From: an uncultured Opitutales bacterium
GTDB taxonomy: Bacteria; Verrucomicrobiota; Verrucomicrobiia; Opitutales; UBA9783
Length of the DNA: 64,000 nucleotides
NCBI GenBank assembly: GCA_964582055.1
Contig: CAZOPT010000001.1
Span: 63,038 to 127,037 of the forward strand
Direction: 5' to 3'
The position numbers and the translations under genes were made by a program. Within the stretch, counting starts at the first letter, position 1; each line of letters opens with the position of its first letter. The notes below the pieces were generated by a model that did no database searches, was not told the DNA's origin, and saw only the letters and a program-made list of their open reading frames with translations. Positions 26,897 through 35,684 of this stretch are shown one piece after another.

Positions 26897-28750
26897 TTAG
26901 GCTTTCCAGCGTTTAATACCCTCAATTGAAAGTACTTGACCGGATGGTAAAACAACAGAATCTCCTACCTTTTTACCCAACATTTCGCTTGCTAATGGTG
27001 TTTTATAGGAAAGAATATTCTTCTTTGGATCGCCATCCCATGCGCCCAAGATGGTATAAACAGAAATTTTACCTTTGGCATCTTTCAAGGAAACTTCTGT
27101 ACCAATATTAACGCTATTGGTTGAAACTTCTTCAAAATTAATGATTTGAGCACGATTTAATTCTTTCTCGAGCATGGACTTGCGAGCCATTAAAACGGTT
27201 TGGTCTTGGCGTGCCATTTTGTACTCTGAATTTTCACTTAAGTCACCTAATTCACGTGCTGCAGCAATAGCGGCCTTATTTGCAGGAATTTTTTCATTGA
27301 TGAGTGTTAAATACTCCTGTTTCATCAATTCTAAGCTTTCTTTAGAAACAAGTAACCGTTCTTCTTGTACATTTTCTTTGTTTTCGGTTAAACGCTGCAA
27401 TTCTGGGAATACACGAATGAAGCGTGCCATCAAAGATCGTTTCTTTAAAGTATCAAAACCTTGATTTAGGAGTAAATTACGTGCTAAATCCTGGGCAAGA
27501 TCGATATCCGCATTTTTCAATAAATCCGCAATTAATTGTTGATCATCATTAACAGTTTCTACCAATGGAATACGACGTCCTGGCGCTACATTAAGGGCAT
27601 CGCTATCAATTGCTTGAAAAATACAACTGAGCAAGCGAACACCTATAATATCAGATAGTAAATTCTCATAGCGTGGCAATGCGCGATGTTTGATAATCCA
27701 AATGAGCACAGAACTTTTCAAGGATTGCTCTTGTAGCCACTTGTTGAACGCCTTTTTCAGTAAAGCTTCGCAATCACGATCTAACAAGAAGTTGATGCAT
27801 TCAGAAGTTAAACGCGCATTTCCATATTTAAGCAAGTTTAAGATAATGTGCTGCCACTCTGTATCATCCATATAAGTGCGTGTTAACAAGTCCAAGAATC
27901 GTGAATAATAAATATGTGGTAATTGTGCAACTAATTCTGATAAATTTTCTGTTTCACGAATAATTGATTGTGAAGTTGGTTCTAATTCTTCTACGGATTC
28001 GTGTAAATAACGCGCTAGGTTATTACGTACCCAGCAACCTTCTAAACGTTGCGCTTGCGTTAACAGTTTAGCATGTTGGATTGCATGTGTTAATTCATCT
28101 AAAACTTGCGGTAAGTCGTTTCGAATAACATCAATGCTGTCTGCTAATTGGTAAAGTTTTGCACCTAATGTGATCTTTTCTAAAGGACGTTTGGTTAAGT
28201 AAAATTCTTCTAAAATTTCTTGTTCAGGCAAAATGGGTTCTTCACGTAACACATAGGCATTTGTTTTGGGTTTTGGAGTACCAATACGTGGATCTTTTAC
28301 CAATAACTTCTGCAAACCAGTCCACCAACGCTTAAATTGAGCGGTATTCAAATGATTAGATAAAACCTGTATCAGAACATTTTCCAATTCTAAAGGTTTT
28401 GCGGATTGTCCTGGCATTTTCTTTAAAACTTCCACAACAAGCTCACATGGTTGATCTTTTTGCATTTGCTTGATTTTTTCAGGGTTTTTGCGTGCTTCAA
28501 CCAAAATATGATCTTCAGGAATAATGGTAAGTTTTTGTATGCAAAAAACAGGATCCATAGACCGTGTCTCTTTTTGCGACTCAAAATTAATCAAAATGCG
28601 ACGATTAGCTTCGTCATAACCTTTGATGCAACCGACCCCCCAACTTTGATGCCAACAGTAAGTTCCTGCTTCTAATGCTTCAAAAGCTTTGCGCTTACCT
28701 TTTAATTGTGGATTCTGTTTTAGAATTAAATCAATTGCTTCCTTATTCAT
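26897..28750 (-). CDS. greA: Transcript cleavage factor GreA with ~460-aa N-terminal extension
   Basis: The C-terminal ~155 aa carry the GreA coiled-coil tip (ELGDLSENSEYKMARQDQ) and globular domain (ISYKTPLASEMLGKKVGDSV). The N-terminal part is unrecognised. Confidence 0.8.
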   Translation of the reverse strand: MNKEAIDLILKQNPQLKGKRKAFEALEAGTYCWHQSWGVGCIKGYDEANRRILINFESQKETRSMDPVFCIQKLTIIPEDHILVEARKNPEKIKQMQKDQPCELVVEVLKKMPGQSAKPLELENVLIQVLSNHLNTAQFKRWWTGLQKLLVKDPRIGTPKPKTNAYVLREEPILPEQEILEEFYLTKRPLEKITLGAKLYQLADSIDVIRNDLPQVLDELTHAIQHAKLLTQAQRLEGCWVRNNLARYLHESVEELEPTSQSIIRETENLSELVAQLPHIYYSRFLDLLTRTYMDDTEWQHIILNLLKYGNARLTSECINFLLDRDCEALLKKAFNKWLQEQSLKSSVLIWIIKHRALPRYENLLSDIIGVRLLSCIFQAIDSDALNVAPGRRIPLVETVNDDQQLIADLLKNADIDLAQDLARNLLLNQGFDTLKKRSLMARFIRVFPELQRLTENKENVQEERLLVSKESLELMKQEYLTLINEKIPANKAAIAAARELGDLSENSEYKMARQDQTVLMARKSMLEKELNRAQIINFEEVSTNSVNIGTEVSLKDAKGKISVYTILGAWDGDPKKNILSYKTPLASEMLGKKVGDSVVLPSGQVLSIEGIKRWKA

Positions 28751-28880
28751 GATCTATAAAAGTAAGTTATGCACTTTCAAAATAAAAATCAAGCCTTTAG
28801 AAAAAAAGATTGCAAACGATAACTTTCGAATTGGTTGAAAACTAAAAAATAAATTCAATAAAGCATTCTATGCTATTTAG

Positions 28881-28906
28881 AAGTTTCTGCAATAAAGCAG
28901 AAACTT
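28881..28906 (-). terminator. Perfect 10-bp hairpin downstream of glgC (possible terminator; weak U-tract)
   Basis: AAGTTTCTGC-aataaa-GCAGAAACTT, 31 nt after the glgC stop. On the minus strand it has no clear U-run. Confidence 0.35.
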
Positions 28907-28936
28907 TTGGGTGGAATTTTGTAGAAAACGAATTTC

Positions 28937-30226
28937 TTAAAGAATCGTATTGTCTGGAATGACACCATCTTTAGCAATACAAAGAATACCGTCTCGGACA
29001 AAAATGGGACCTTGTTGAAAGCCTTCAGGCTTGCCTTCAGGCGACAAACGGACGTTATTCCCAATGCGCACATTACGATCTAAAATAGCATTTCGGATGT
29101 AGCAATTCTTGCCAATGCCCAAGTTTGGAATATTTTGAGTCTCATTTTCAGCCATACGATCTAATGTTTCGTAGCGATCTGCTCCCATCATGTAAACATT
29201 TTCAAGTTGAGAACCGCCGCGAATAATTGATCGAATACCAATAATGCAACGATTGAGTTGGGTACGTGTCACAATACAACCTTCCGCAACAATGGAGTGA
29301 TCCACCGTACAACTATTAAGCTTAGAAGCTGCCAAATTCCTTGGATTCGAATAAATCGGAGCAATTTCATTATAAAAATCGAACTTTGGTAAGGAATCCG
29401 TAAGCATTAGATTGGCTTCAAAGAATGAGGCAATGGTACCAATGTCTTCCCAGTAATCATCAAATAGATAACCATATAATTTGTAACGATTGAGAGCACC
29501 AGGTATGATATCTTTACCAAAATCGTGATGTTCTGAACACAAACATTCCTTCAGTATTTTCCCCTTAAATGCATAAATCCCCATAGATGCCATACAATAA
29601 GCTTGATCACTGGAGTCTTTTACTTGTGCTCGCAAATGATCGCATAAATAAAGAGATTTTAAAACTTCTGGATCGTTCGGTTTTTCAACAAAACGCTTGA
29701 TTTGCCAATCCGATGCAACTTCCATAATACCAAATTGGTAAGATAAGTGTGATGGCATTGCTTTTGCAGCGATCGTAATGTCTGCTCCAGTCTCAAGGTG
29801 CTGATTAACAAACGCATTTAGATCCATCCGATACAATTGATCTCCAGAAAGGATAACAACTGTTTGTTCGTCTTTTAAGGGAATATGGATTAAATTTTGA
29901 CGAACTGCATCCGCTGTTCCACGATACCAATTTTCATTAACTTGCGTTTGTTCGGCAGATAGAATTTCTACAAATCCGCCCGAAAAATAGTCAAAACGAT
30001 AACTTTCTTGAATGTGCCTGTGGAGGGATTCTGTGTTATATTGAGTTAATAAATAAATTTGATTATAGTCAGAATTAAGGCAATTACTGATCGGGATATC
30101 GACTAAACGATATTTGCCCCCCAAGGGGACTGCAGGTTTGCAACGTACTTGGGTAAGTGGAGCTAAACGTGTTCCGCGGCCTCCGCCCATAATAATGCAG
30201 CAAACATTCGATTTTAAGCGACTCAT
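28937..30226 (-). CDS. glgC: Glucose-1-phosphate adenylyltransferase
   Basis: IIMGGGRGTRLAPLT, YRGTADAV and a C-terminal hexapeptide beta-helix. Confidence 0.9.
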   Translation of the reverse strand: MSRLKSNVCCIIMGGGRGTRLAPLTQVRCKPAVPLGGKYRLVDIPISNCLNSDYNQIYLLTQYNTESLHRHIQESYRFDYFSGGFVEILSAEQTQVNENWYRGTADAVRQNLIHIPLKDEQTVVILSGDQLYRMDLNAFVNQHLETGADITIAAKAMPSHLSYQFGIMEVASDWQIKRFVEKPNDPEVLKSLYLCDHLRAQVKDSSDQAYCMASMGIYAFKGKILKECLCSEHHDFGKDIIPGALNRYKLYGYLFDDYWEDIGTIASFFEANLMLTDSLPKFDFYNEIAPIYSNPRNLAASKLNSCTVDHSIVAEGCIVTRTQLNRCIIGIRSIIRGGSQLENVYMMGADRYETLDRMAENETQNIPNLGIGKNCYIRNAILDRNVRIGNNVRLSPEGKPEGFQQGPIFVRDGILCIAKDGVIPDNTIL

Positions 30227-30272
30227 AATTTTAACCTTGATCTCATAAGTTTTTCGTTCATTGTTGTAATAA

Positions 30273-32129
30273 ATGTGTGGTATAATTAGTTATATAGGAA
30301 AAACGGACGCTTTGCAAGTTTTAATCAAAGGCCTCAAATGTTTAGAATATAGAGGTTACGATTCAGTAGGCTTAGCGATTGGTGATGAAAGGCATCCTTT
30401 TTCTCTTATAAAATCAGTGGGACGTGTAGAAAATTTAGCACAAAAATTAGCCTCCATGAACATCTCTGGAAATGTTGGTATTGGTCATACCCGTTGGGCT
30501 ACACATGGAGGAGTTACGGAGCAAAATGCGCATCCACATATTAGTGATGATGGAAAAATTATTTTAGTTCATAATGGCGTTATTGAAAATTGTGCGACCA
30601 TTAAACATTTTTTAAGCGAAAAAGGTATTCATTTTTATTCCGATACGGATACAGAAGTTTTAGCTAATTTAATTGCCTTTCATTACAAAAGTCTTACTGA
30701 TTTACCATCTTCGCAACGTTTTGAGGAAAGTGTACGTATAAGCTTATTAGAGCTTCAAGGGACGTATGGAATCGCTGTTTTGTGTTGTGATTGTCCTACC
30801 GAACTTGTAGGTGCTCGTAAGAGTTCTCCACTTATTTTAGGTGTCCATGAAGATGGTCTTTTTTTGGCTAGCGATGTAAGTGCTTTTGGTGGACATACCA
30901 AAGAAGTTGTTTTTTTATCGGATAATGAAATGGTGCATATTCAAGGTCAAAACTTTTCCGTTATGGACCTAAATAAGGCTGCTCTTAATCCTAAAATTGA
31001 AATCATTGATTGGGATACCAATTTTTCGAATCTTGGTGATTATAAACACTATATGCAAAAAGAAATTTTTGAGCAAGCGATTGCACTCGAAAACACCCTA
31101 TTAGGGCGTTTTTCTAAAGATGGAAGTTCGACACATTTGGGAGGTTTACAAATGTCTCCACAAGAATTACGTCAAGTTGATCGTATTTTATTGCTCGGTT
31201 GTGGTACTGCTTCTTATGCTTGTAAAGTTGGAGAATATTTAATTGAAAAGTATGCCCGAATTCCTGTAGAAGTTGAATGTGCTTCAGAATTTCGTTATCG
31301 TAATGCACCTTTAGATAAAAATACGCTTGTTTTTGTCGTAAGTCAATCTGGGGAGACCTTGGATACCTTAGGTGCTCTTCATGAAGCACGTCGTAAAGGT
31401 TTTCGTACTTTAGCCATTACAAATGTTGTGGGTTCAACGATTGCACGTGAATCTGATGGTGGTGTTTATCAACGTTCTGGGCCAGAAATTGGTGTTGCTT
31501 CCACGAAAGCTTTTACAGGACAAATTTGCGTTTTAGCTATGTTGGCATTGTATTTGGGACGTATGCGCGACATGAGTTTTTCGGAAGGTTGTGATTTCGT
31601 TCAAGCTTTAAAAGATCTCCCAGAACTAACACGTAAGGTATTGGTACAATGTGATCCAATCATGAAGGGTATTGCAAAAAAATATGCGCATTATCAGCAT
31701 TGTTTTTTCTTGGGACGCCAATCGCTTTGTCCTATTGCACAAGAAGGTGCGCTTAAATTGAAGGAAATTTCTTATGTACATGCCGAAGCTTATCCATCTG
31801 GTGAACTTAAGCACGGACCTATTGCTTTGATTGATGAAACCTTGCCAACAATCGTTCTTGCTTCAGATCCAATGATGCTGCAAAAAAATATTAGCAGCAT
31901 GATGGAAGTGAAAGCGCGCAAAGGTAGTGTCATTGCGTTAGGTGTAGAAGGTATGGAGATTCCCGAAAAAGCATATGATGATCTTATCTCACTGCCTAAG
32001 GTTCATGAAGCTATTTTACCGATTCTTACGGCTATTCCATTACAATTATTTGCATATTATGTGGCTTTGGAACGTAAGTGTGATGTTGATAAGCCACGTA
32101 ATTTGGCTAAATCCGTAACAGTAGAATAA
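30273..32129 (+). CDS. glmS: Glutamine--fructose-6-phosphate aminotransferase
   Basis: MCGI N-terminal nucleophile, two SIS domains and a C-terminal KPRNLAKSVTVE. Confidence 0.95.
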   Translation: MCGIISYIGKTDALQVLIKGLKCLEYRGYDSVGLAIGDERHPFSLIKSVGRVENLAQKLASMNISGNVGIGHTRWATHGGVTEQNAHPHISDDGKIILVHNGVIENCATIKHFLSEKGIHFYSDTDTEVLANLIAFHYKSLTDLPSSQRFEESVRISLLELQGTYGIAVLCCDCPTELVGARKSSPLILGVHEDGLFLASDVSAFGGHTKEVVFLSDNEMVHIQGQNFSVMDLNKAALNPKIEIIDWDTNFSNLGDYKHYMQKEIFEQAIALENTLLGRFSKDGSSTHLGGLQMSPQELRQVDRILLLGCGTASYACKVGEYLIEKYARIPVEVECASEFRYRNAPLDKNTLVFVVSQSGETLDTLGALHEARRKGFRTLAITNVVGSTIARESDGGVYQRSGPEIGVASTKAFTGQICVLAMLALYLGRMRDMSFSEGCDFVQALKDLPELTRKVLVQCDPIMKGIAKKYAHYQHCFFLGRQSLCPIAQEGALKLKEISYVHAEAYPSGELKHGPIALIDETLPTIVLASDPMMLQKNISSMMEVKARKGSVIALGVEGMEIPEKAYDDLISLPKVHEAILPILTAIPLQLFAYYVALERKCDVDKPRNLAKSVTVE

Positions 32130-32130
32130 T

Positions 32131-32886
32131 ATGGATCTCAACAACATTATTGAATTTCTTGAAACAATTTTCGAAGTCAGCAAAATTCAAGATTTTCCAA
32201 ATGCTTTCAATGGTCTTCAATTAGCGAATAATGGTAGTGTTCATAAAATTGTTGGTGCTGTAGATGCTAGCCGTGTCAGTATTGAAAAAGCTATTGAAGA
32301 ACAGGCTCAATTGTTGATTGTACATCATGGTTTACTTTGGAATGGGGCACAACCGATGGTTAGTCCACTTTATGAGCTTTATAGAAAAGCAATAGATTCG
32401 AATTTGGCTATTTATAGTATACATCTTCCACTTGATGTTCACTTGCAGTGGGGTCATAATGTAACGATTGCCAGACTTTTAAATCTTACCCAAGAAGGCG
32501 ATTTTGCCCATTATAAAAATCAAGCTTGTGGACTCATTTGTAGCGATCAACAAGAGGCAATTTCTCTTGAAGAACGTTTGAAAAAGTTTTTCCCTCATTC
32601 GTTTCATGCCCTCAAATTTGGACCTGCAAAACCTAACCATATCGGTATTGTAAGCGGAAGCGGAGGCATTGAAATCTTCACAGATGCTCTTAAACATTCG
32701 ATAGATACTTTAATTACAGGCGAACTTCGTTATTCCGCAGTAAGCTTTGTACAGCTGCATTCTCTTAATGTTTTTGCTTGTGGCCATTATGCGACCGAAT
32801 GTTTCGGTGTGCAAAATATCCTTAATTTACTCCAGGAGAATTTTCAAGTTCCTTGTTCGTTTATCGATACTTTCTGTGAATTGTAA
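32131..32886 (+). CDS. Nif3-like dinuclear metal centre protein (YbgI/GTP cyclohydrolase 1 type 2 family)
   Basis: LLIVHHGLLW, a C-terminal GHYATE motif, 251 aa. Confidence 0.8.
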   Translation: MDLNNIIEFLETIFEVSKIQDFPNAFNGLQLANNGSVHKIVGAVDASRVSIEKAIEEQAQLLIVHHGLLWNGAQPMVSPLYELYRKAIDSNLAIYSIHLPLDVHLQWGHNVTIARLLNLTQEGDFAHYKNQACGLICSDQQEAISLEERLKKFFPHSFHALKFGPAKPNHIGIVSGSGGIEIFTDALKHSIDTLITGELRYSAVSFVQLHSLNVFACGHYATECFGVQNILNLLQENFQVPCSFIDTFCEL

Positions 32887-32940
32887 CTGTCGAGAGGATT
32901 TATCAAACTTTCTTTAAAATTAAGCAACATTGTGGTGCAA

Positions 32941-32995
32941 TAGAGAACAATTTTTAGAGTGGTTTTGTTTTAAATTTTCTTTAAAATGTTCTCTA
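32941..32995. repeat. Inverted repeat / long hairpin in the 326-bp convergent intergenic gap
   Basis: TAGAGAACA(a)TTTT ... AAAATGTTCTCTA gives 9 bp + bulge + 4 bp around a 28-nt loop, 55 nt after the Nif3-like stop. Confidence 0.6.
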
Positions 32996-33167
32996 CGACA
33001 TGTTATGGTGGTGAAATTCGCCTTGCCTACAGATAAAAAGCACAAGTATCAGCACCTACTCACTTTTTAATTAATCTAAGTGAATATTTTTTTCAAAATT
33101 CTACCTTAAAATTTTAATTTTTAAGTGCTTCTAGTATTTAAAAAAGTAAAAGCTTTTAAAAGAAATT

Positions 33168-33203
33168 TTAGGAGGAAACTTTTTATAAAAAGATTCTTCC
33201 TAA
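33168..33203 (-). terminator. Candidate Rho-independent terminator of the GlpT/UhpC-type transporter gene
   Basis: Imperfect ~16-bp hairpin (TTAGGAGGAAACTTTT / AAAAGATTCTTCCTAA) beginning 10 nt after the stop, followed on the minus strand by a U-rich stretch. Confidence 0.5.
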
Positions 33204-33212
33204 CTAGAAATA

Positions 33213-34595
33213 TTAAGCTCTACGGTGTTTTTTGTTGGAAGCAGTAAGTGCGAAGAAAAATCCACCGATAAAAGAGGCGAATACGAAAGATAAAAGGACT
33301 GCATTCCAACCCCATAATTTACTTATAAAAGCAATACCAATGCCACCAAAACTTCCGGCCATATACCCAACCGTTCCTGTAAGACCTGTAGCAGCAGCAG
33401 CAGCTTTTTTAGAACCAAACTCCGCACCGGAAAGTCCTCCCAGTGTTTGTGGTCCATAAAGCAAAAATCCTATGATACACCAAAAAGTATAATCAATAAC
33501 AGGATGATTAATGAGAGCCACCAAAAATTTATCTTGAATAAGAGTGGTATGAAACATCCAATAAACGGCTAAGATAATACCTAAAAGGATCATCATGTAA
33601 GCTCCACAAATGCCGCGACGTTTTGGCATAAAACGGTCTGTAAACCAACCAACAAAAAGTCCACCGAGAAGTCCACCGGCTTCCATCATAGAGGTTTTAC
33701 AGCCTGCTGTAACAACGCCGCAGTTTTGACTTTGTGCGATCATAACAGGGGCCCAACAGAACAATCCCAAACGTACGAAATAAACAAAGAAATTTGCAAT
33801 ACACACCATCCATAGACGATAATTAAAGAGGATATGTTGGCGCATCATTTGCATAAAAGATTCTTTATTTTCATCAATAGGCAGGATTTCCATTTTTTGA
33901 GGAGAAATGCCTTCAAATTCTTCAACAGAAGGTAATCCAATCGATTCAGGCGTGTCACGTAGACGGTCCCATAACCAAATTGAAAGTAGTAAGCAAACAC
34001 ATCCTGGAACGATGAATAAATAGCGCCAATTATAATGTGCTAAGAGCCAAGCCCCACCCATTAGGATAATAATAGCACCAATTTGGTGAGAAGCATTTAC
34101 AATTCCCCAACGTGTACCAAGTTGTCTTGGGCCAAACCATTGTGTAAGCGTTCGAGAAACCGAAGGCCAACCCATTGATTGAAAACAAGCATTGATTGCA
34201 TAAACGGATCCAAATAAAAACGCAGAATTACAACAACCTGCAATAAGACTTGTGATAGATGCAAACGCCAAACCAATAGGCATAAATAAGCGTGCACTGG
34301 AACGATCACAGAGCGCACCTGCAATAAACTTAAACGTTCCATAAATAAGCGTAAATGCAGTGAAAGCCCAACCAATGACTTCCATACTAAAAGGAAATTT
34401 ATCAGAAGCTTTAGCAACTACGAAGTTTTGACGTACCATGTAAAAAGCGGCGTATCCAATAATAAGCGCATATGTCAATCTAAACCGCCAATAGGCATAT
34501 CGACGACTTGTCGAAGATTGTGTTTCAAAAACATTGCTTACAGGTCCATAAGAAGGTGTAATATCTTGTGACATTTCGTTTCCTTTTTCTTTCAA
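33213..34595 (-). CDS. MFS organophosphate:phosphate antiporter (GlpT/UhpC family)
   Basis: RFRLTYALIIGYAAFYMVRQNF N-terminal signature, DRSSARLF loop and 12 TM-like segments. The real start may be M8 (MSQDITP). Confidence 0.85.
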   Translation of the reverse strand: MKEKGNEMSQDITPSYGPVSNVFETQSSTSRRYAYWRFRLTYALIIGYAAFYMVRQNFVVAKASDKFPFSMEVIGWAFTAFTLIYGTFKFIAGALCDRSSARLFMPIGLAFASITSLIAGCCNSAFLFGSVYAINACFQSMGWPSVSRTLTQWFGPRQLGTRWGIVNASHQIGAIIILMGGAWLLAHYNWRYLFIVPGCVCLLLSIWLWDRLRDTPESIGLPSVEEFEGISPQKMEILPIDENKESFMQMMRQHILFNYRLWMVCIANFFVYFVRLGLFCWAPVMIAQSQNCGVVTAGCKTSMMEAGGLLGGLFVGWFTDRFMPKRRGICGAYMMILLGIILAVYWMFHTTLIQDKFLVALINHPVIDYTFWCIIGFLLYGPQTLGGLSGAEFGSKKAAAAATGLTGTVGYMAGSFGGIGIAFISKLWGWNAVLLSFVFASFIGGFFFALTASNKKHRRA

Positions 34596-34816
34596 CTCAA
34601 AAACTTATTAGTGTTTTATCATGCATAAAGATTTTGTTTTGCCAACCTTTTATTTGCTTTATTTCAAAAAAACAGTTAAATACTTTGTAAAAAATATAAT
34701 AAAAACTCTACAAGGTTGCATGAATCCTGCAAAAACAGTTGTTGTTATCTTGGGCTTTCTTTTGTATTGTATCTTTTGTAAATGCATATTTTTAAGAGTT
34801 TTTTGGAGATGTTTTT

Positions 34817-35620
34817 TCAAAAATTCCATCCCTCAAAAATATAAAATATTACAGCAATTGAGAGAAATGGACCAAAAGGAACACATTTATCGCGAATGGC
34901 TAACGGTTTTTTTTGTGTAATCCACTGCACAAGGCCCCAAGCAAATACAACAATAGTTCCAATAACGGCACCCCCTAAAATGCTGAATAAGCATCCTTTC
35001 CAACCACAAAAAGCACCGATGCATCCAACTAATTTGATATCTCCAAATCCCATGGCTTCTTTTTTTAGGAAAAATTCCACAAAACTAATAAAACAAACCA
35101 ATCCTCCCATACCCCAACAAATACCTTGAATACTTGCCAACATTCCTTGAAATGCATCACATTCGGCATGCAGTTTAGGGAAAAAATAACTCATCAAAAT
35201 GCCAATAACGATGCCTAATAATGTAATTTCGTCAGGTATAAGCATCGTATCTAAATCGGTCCAAAAAGCAACCCACAGCAAGCATAACAAGATAAAATAA
35301 GGCCAAAATAAATCTTTATGAAACCAATAAATTACAATGGCCAACAGTCCAACAAAAATTTCAGAAAAAAAATAACGAATGGAAATTCTTTTGCCACAAC
35401 AAGCACTTTTCCCTCTTAGAAATAACCAAGCTAGGATAGGGATGTTCAAATACCATGGAATTTTTTTTTTGCAATGAGGGCAGTAAGAAGCTGGATATAT
35501 AACTGATTGTTCTTTGGGTAACCGCTCAATACAAACTGAAAGAAAACTTCCTATGCAACTTCCAAAAACAAGTAAAACTAATAAAATGCATCCTATAGGC
35601 CACACATCCATGTTTATCAT
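34817..35620 (-). CDS. pilD: Prepilin peptidase (A24 family, PilD/GspO-like)
   Basis: Cys pairs CPHC...CCGKRI in the cytoplasmic loop, catalytic Asp context GFGDIKL, and a polytopic membrane profile. Confidence 0.9.
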   Translation of the reverse strand: MINMDVWPIGCILLVLLVFGSCIGSFLSVCIERLPKEQSVIYPASYCPHCKKKIPWYLNIPILAWLFLRGKSACCGKRISIRYFFSEIFVGLLAIVIYWFHKDLFWPYFILLCLLWVAFWTDLDTMLIPDEITLLGIVIGILMSYFFPKLHAECDAFQGMLASIQGICWGMGGLVCFISFVEFFLKKEAMGFGDIKLVGCIGAFCGWKGCLFSILGGAVIGTIVVFAWGLVQWITQKKPLAIRDKCVPFGPFLSIAVIFYIFEGWNF

Positions 35621-35684
35621 TTTCTCACAAAAAACCTTATTCTACAAGTAGTTTTTCTAAAAATTAGAAAACTAAAACTTTTTA

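Noticed and set aside
28873-29073. 66-aa minus-strand ORF overlapping the 3' end of glgC
   Set aside because: It overlaps glgC in another frame and spans the downstream hairpin. It has no RBS and no recognisable product.
30227-30272. glmS ribozyme or riboswitch upstream of glmS
   Set aside because: Only 46 nt separate the divergent glgC and glmS starts, which is too short for the ~170-nt ribozyme. No conserved core is visible.
34097-34417. 106-aa same-strand alternative-frame ORF inside the GlpT/UhpC-type gene, plus plus-strand ORF 33232..33459
   Set aside because: They are embedded in a convincing 12-TM transporter frame. The translations are Leu/Val-rich or Pro/Ala-rich, and there is no independent start context.
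34621-34920. 99-aa plus-strand ORF between the transporter gene and pilD
   Set aside because: It is Phe/Cys/Lys-rich and low-complexity, runs antisense into the pilD 3' end, and sits in the AT-rich promoter region of the transporter gene.
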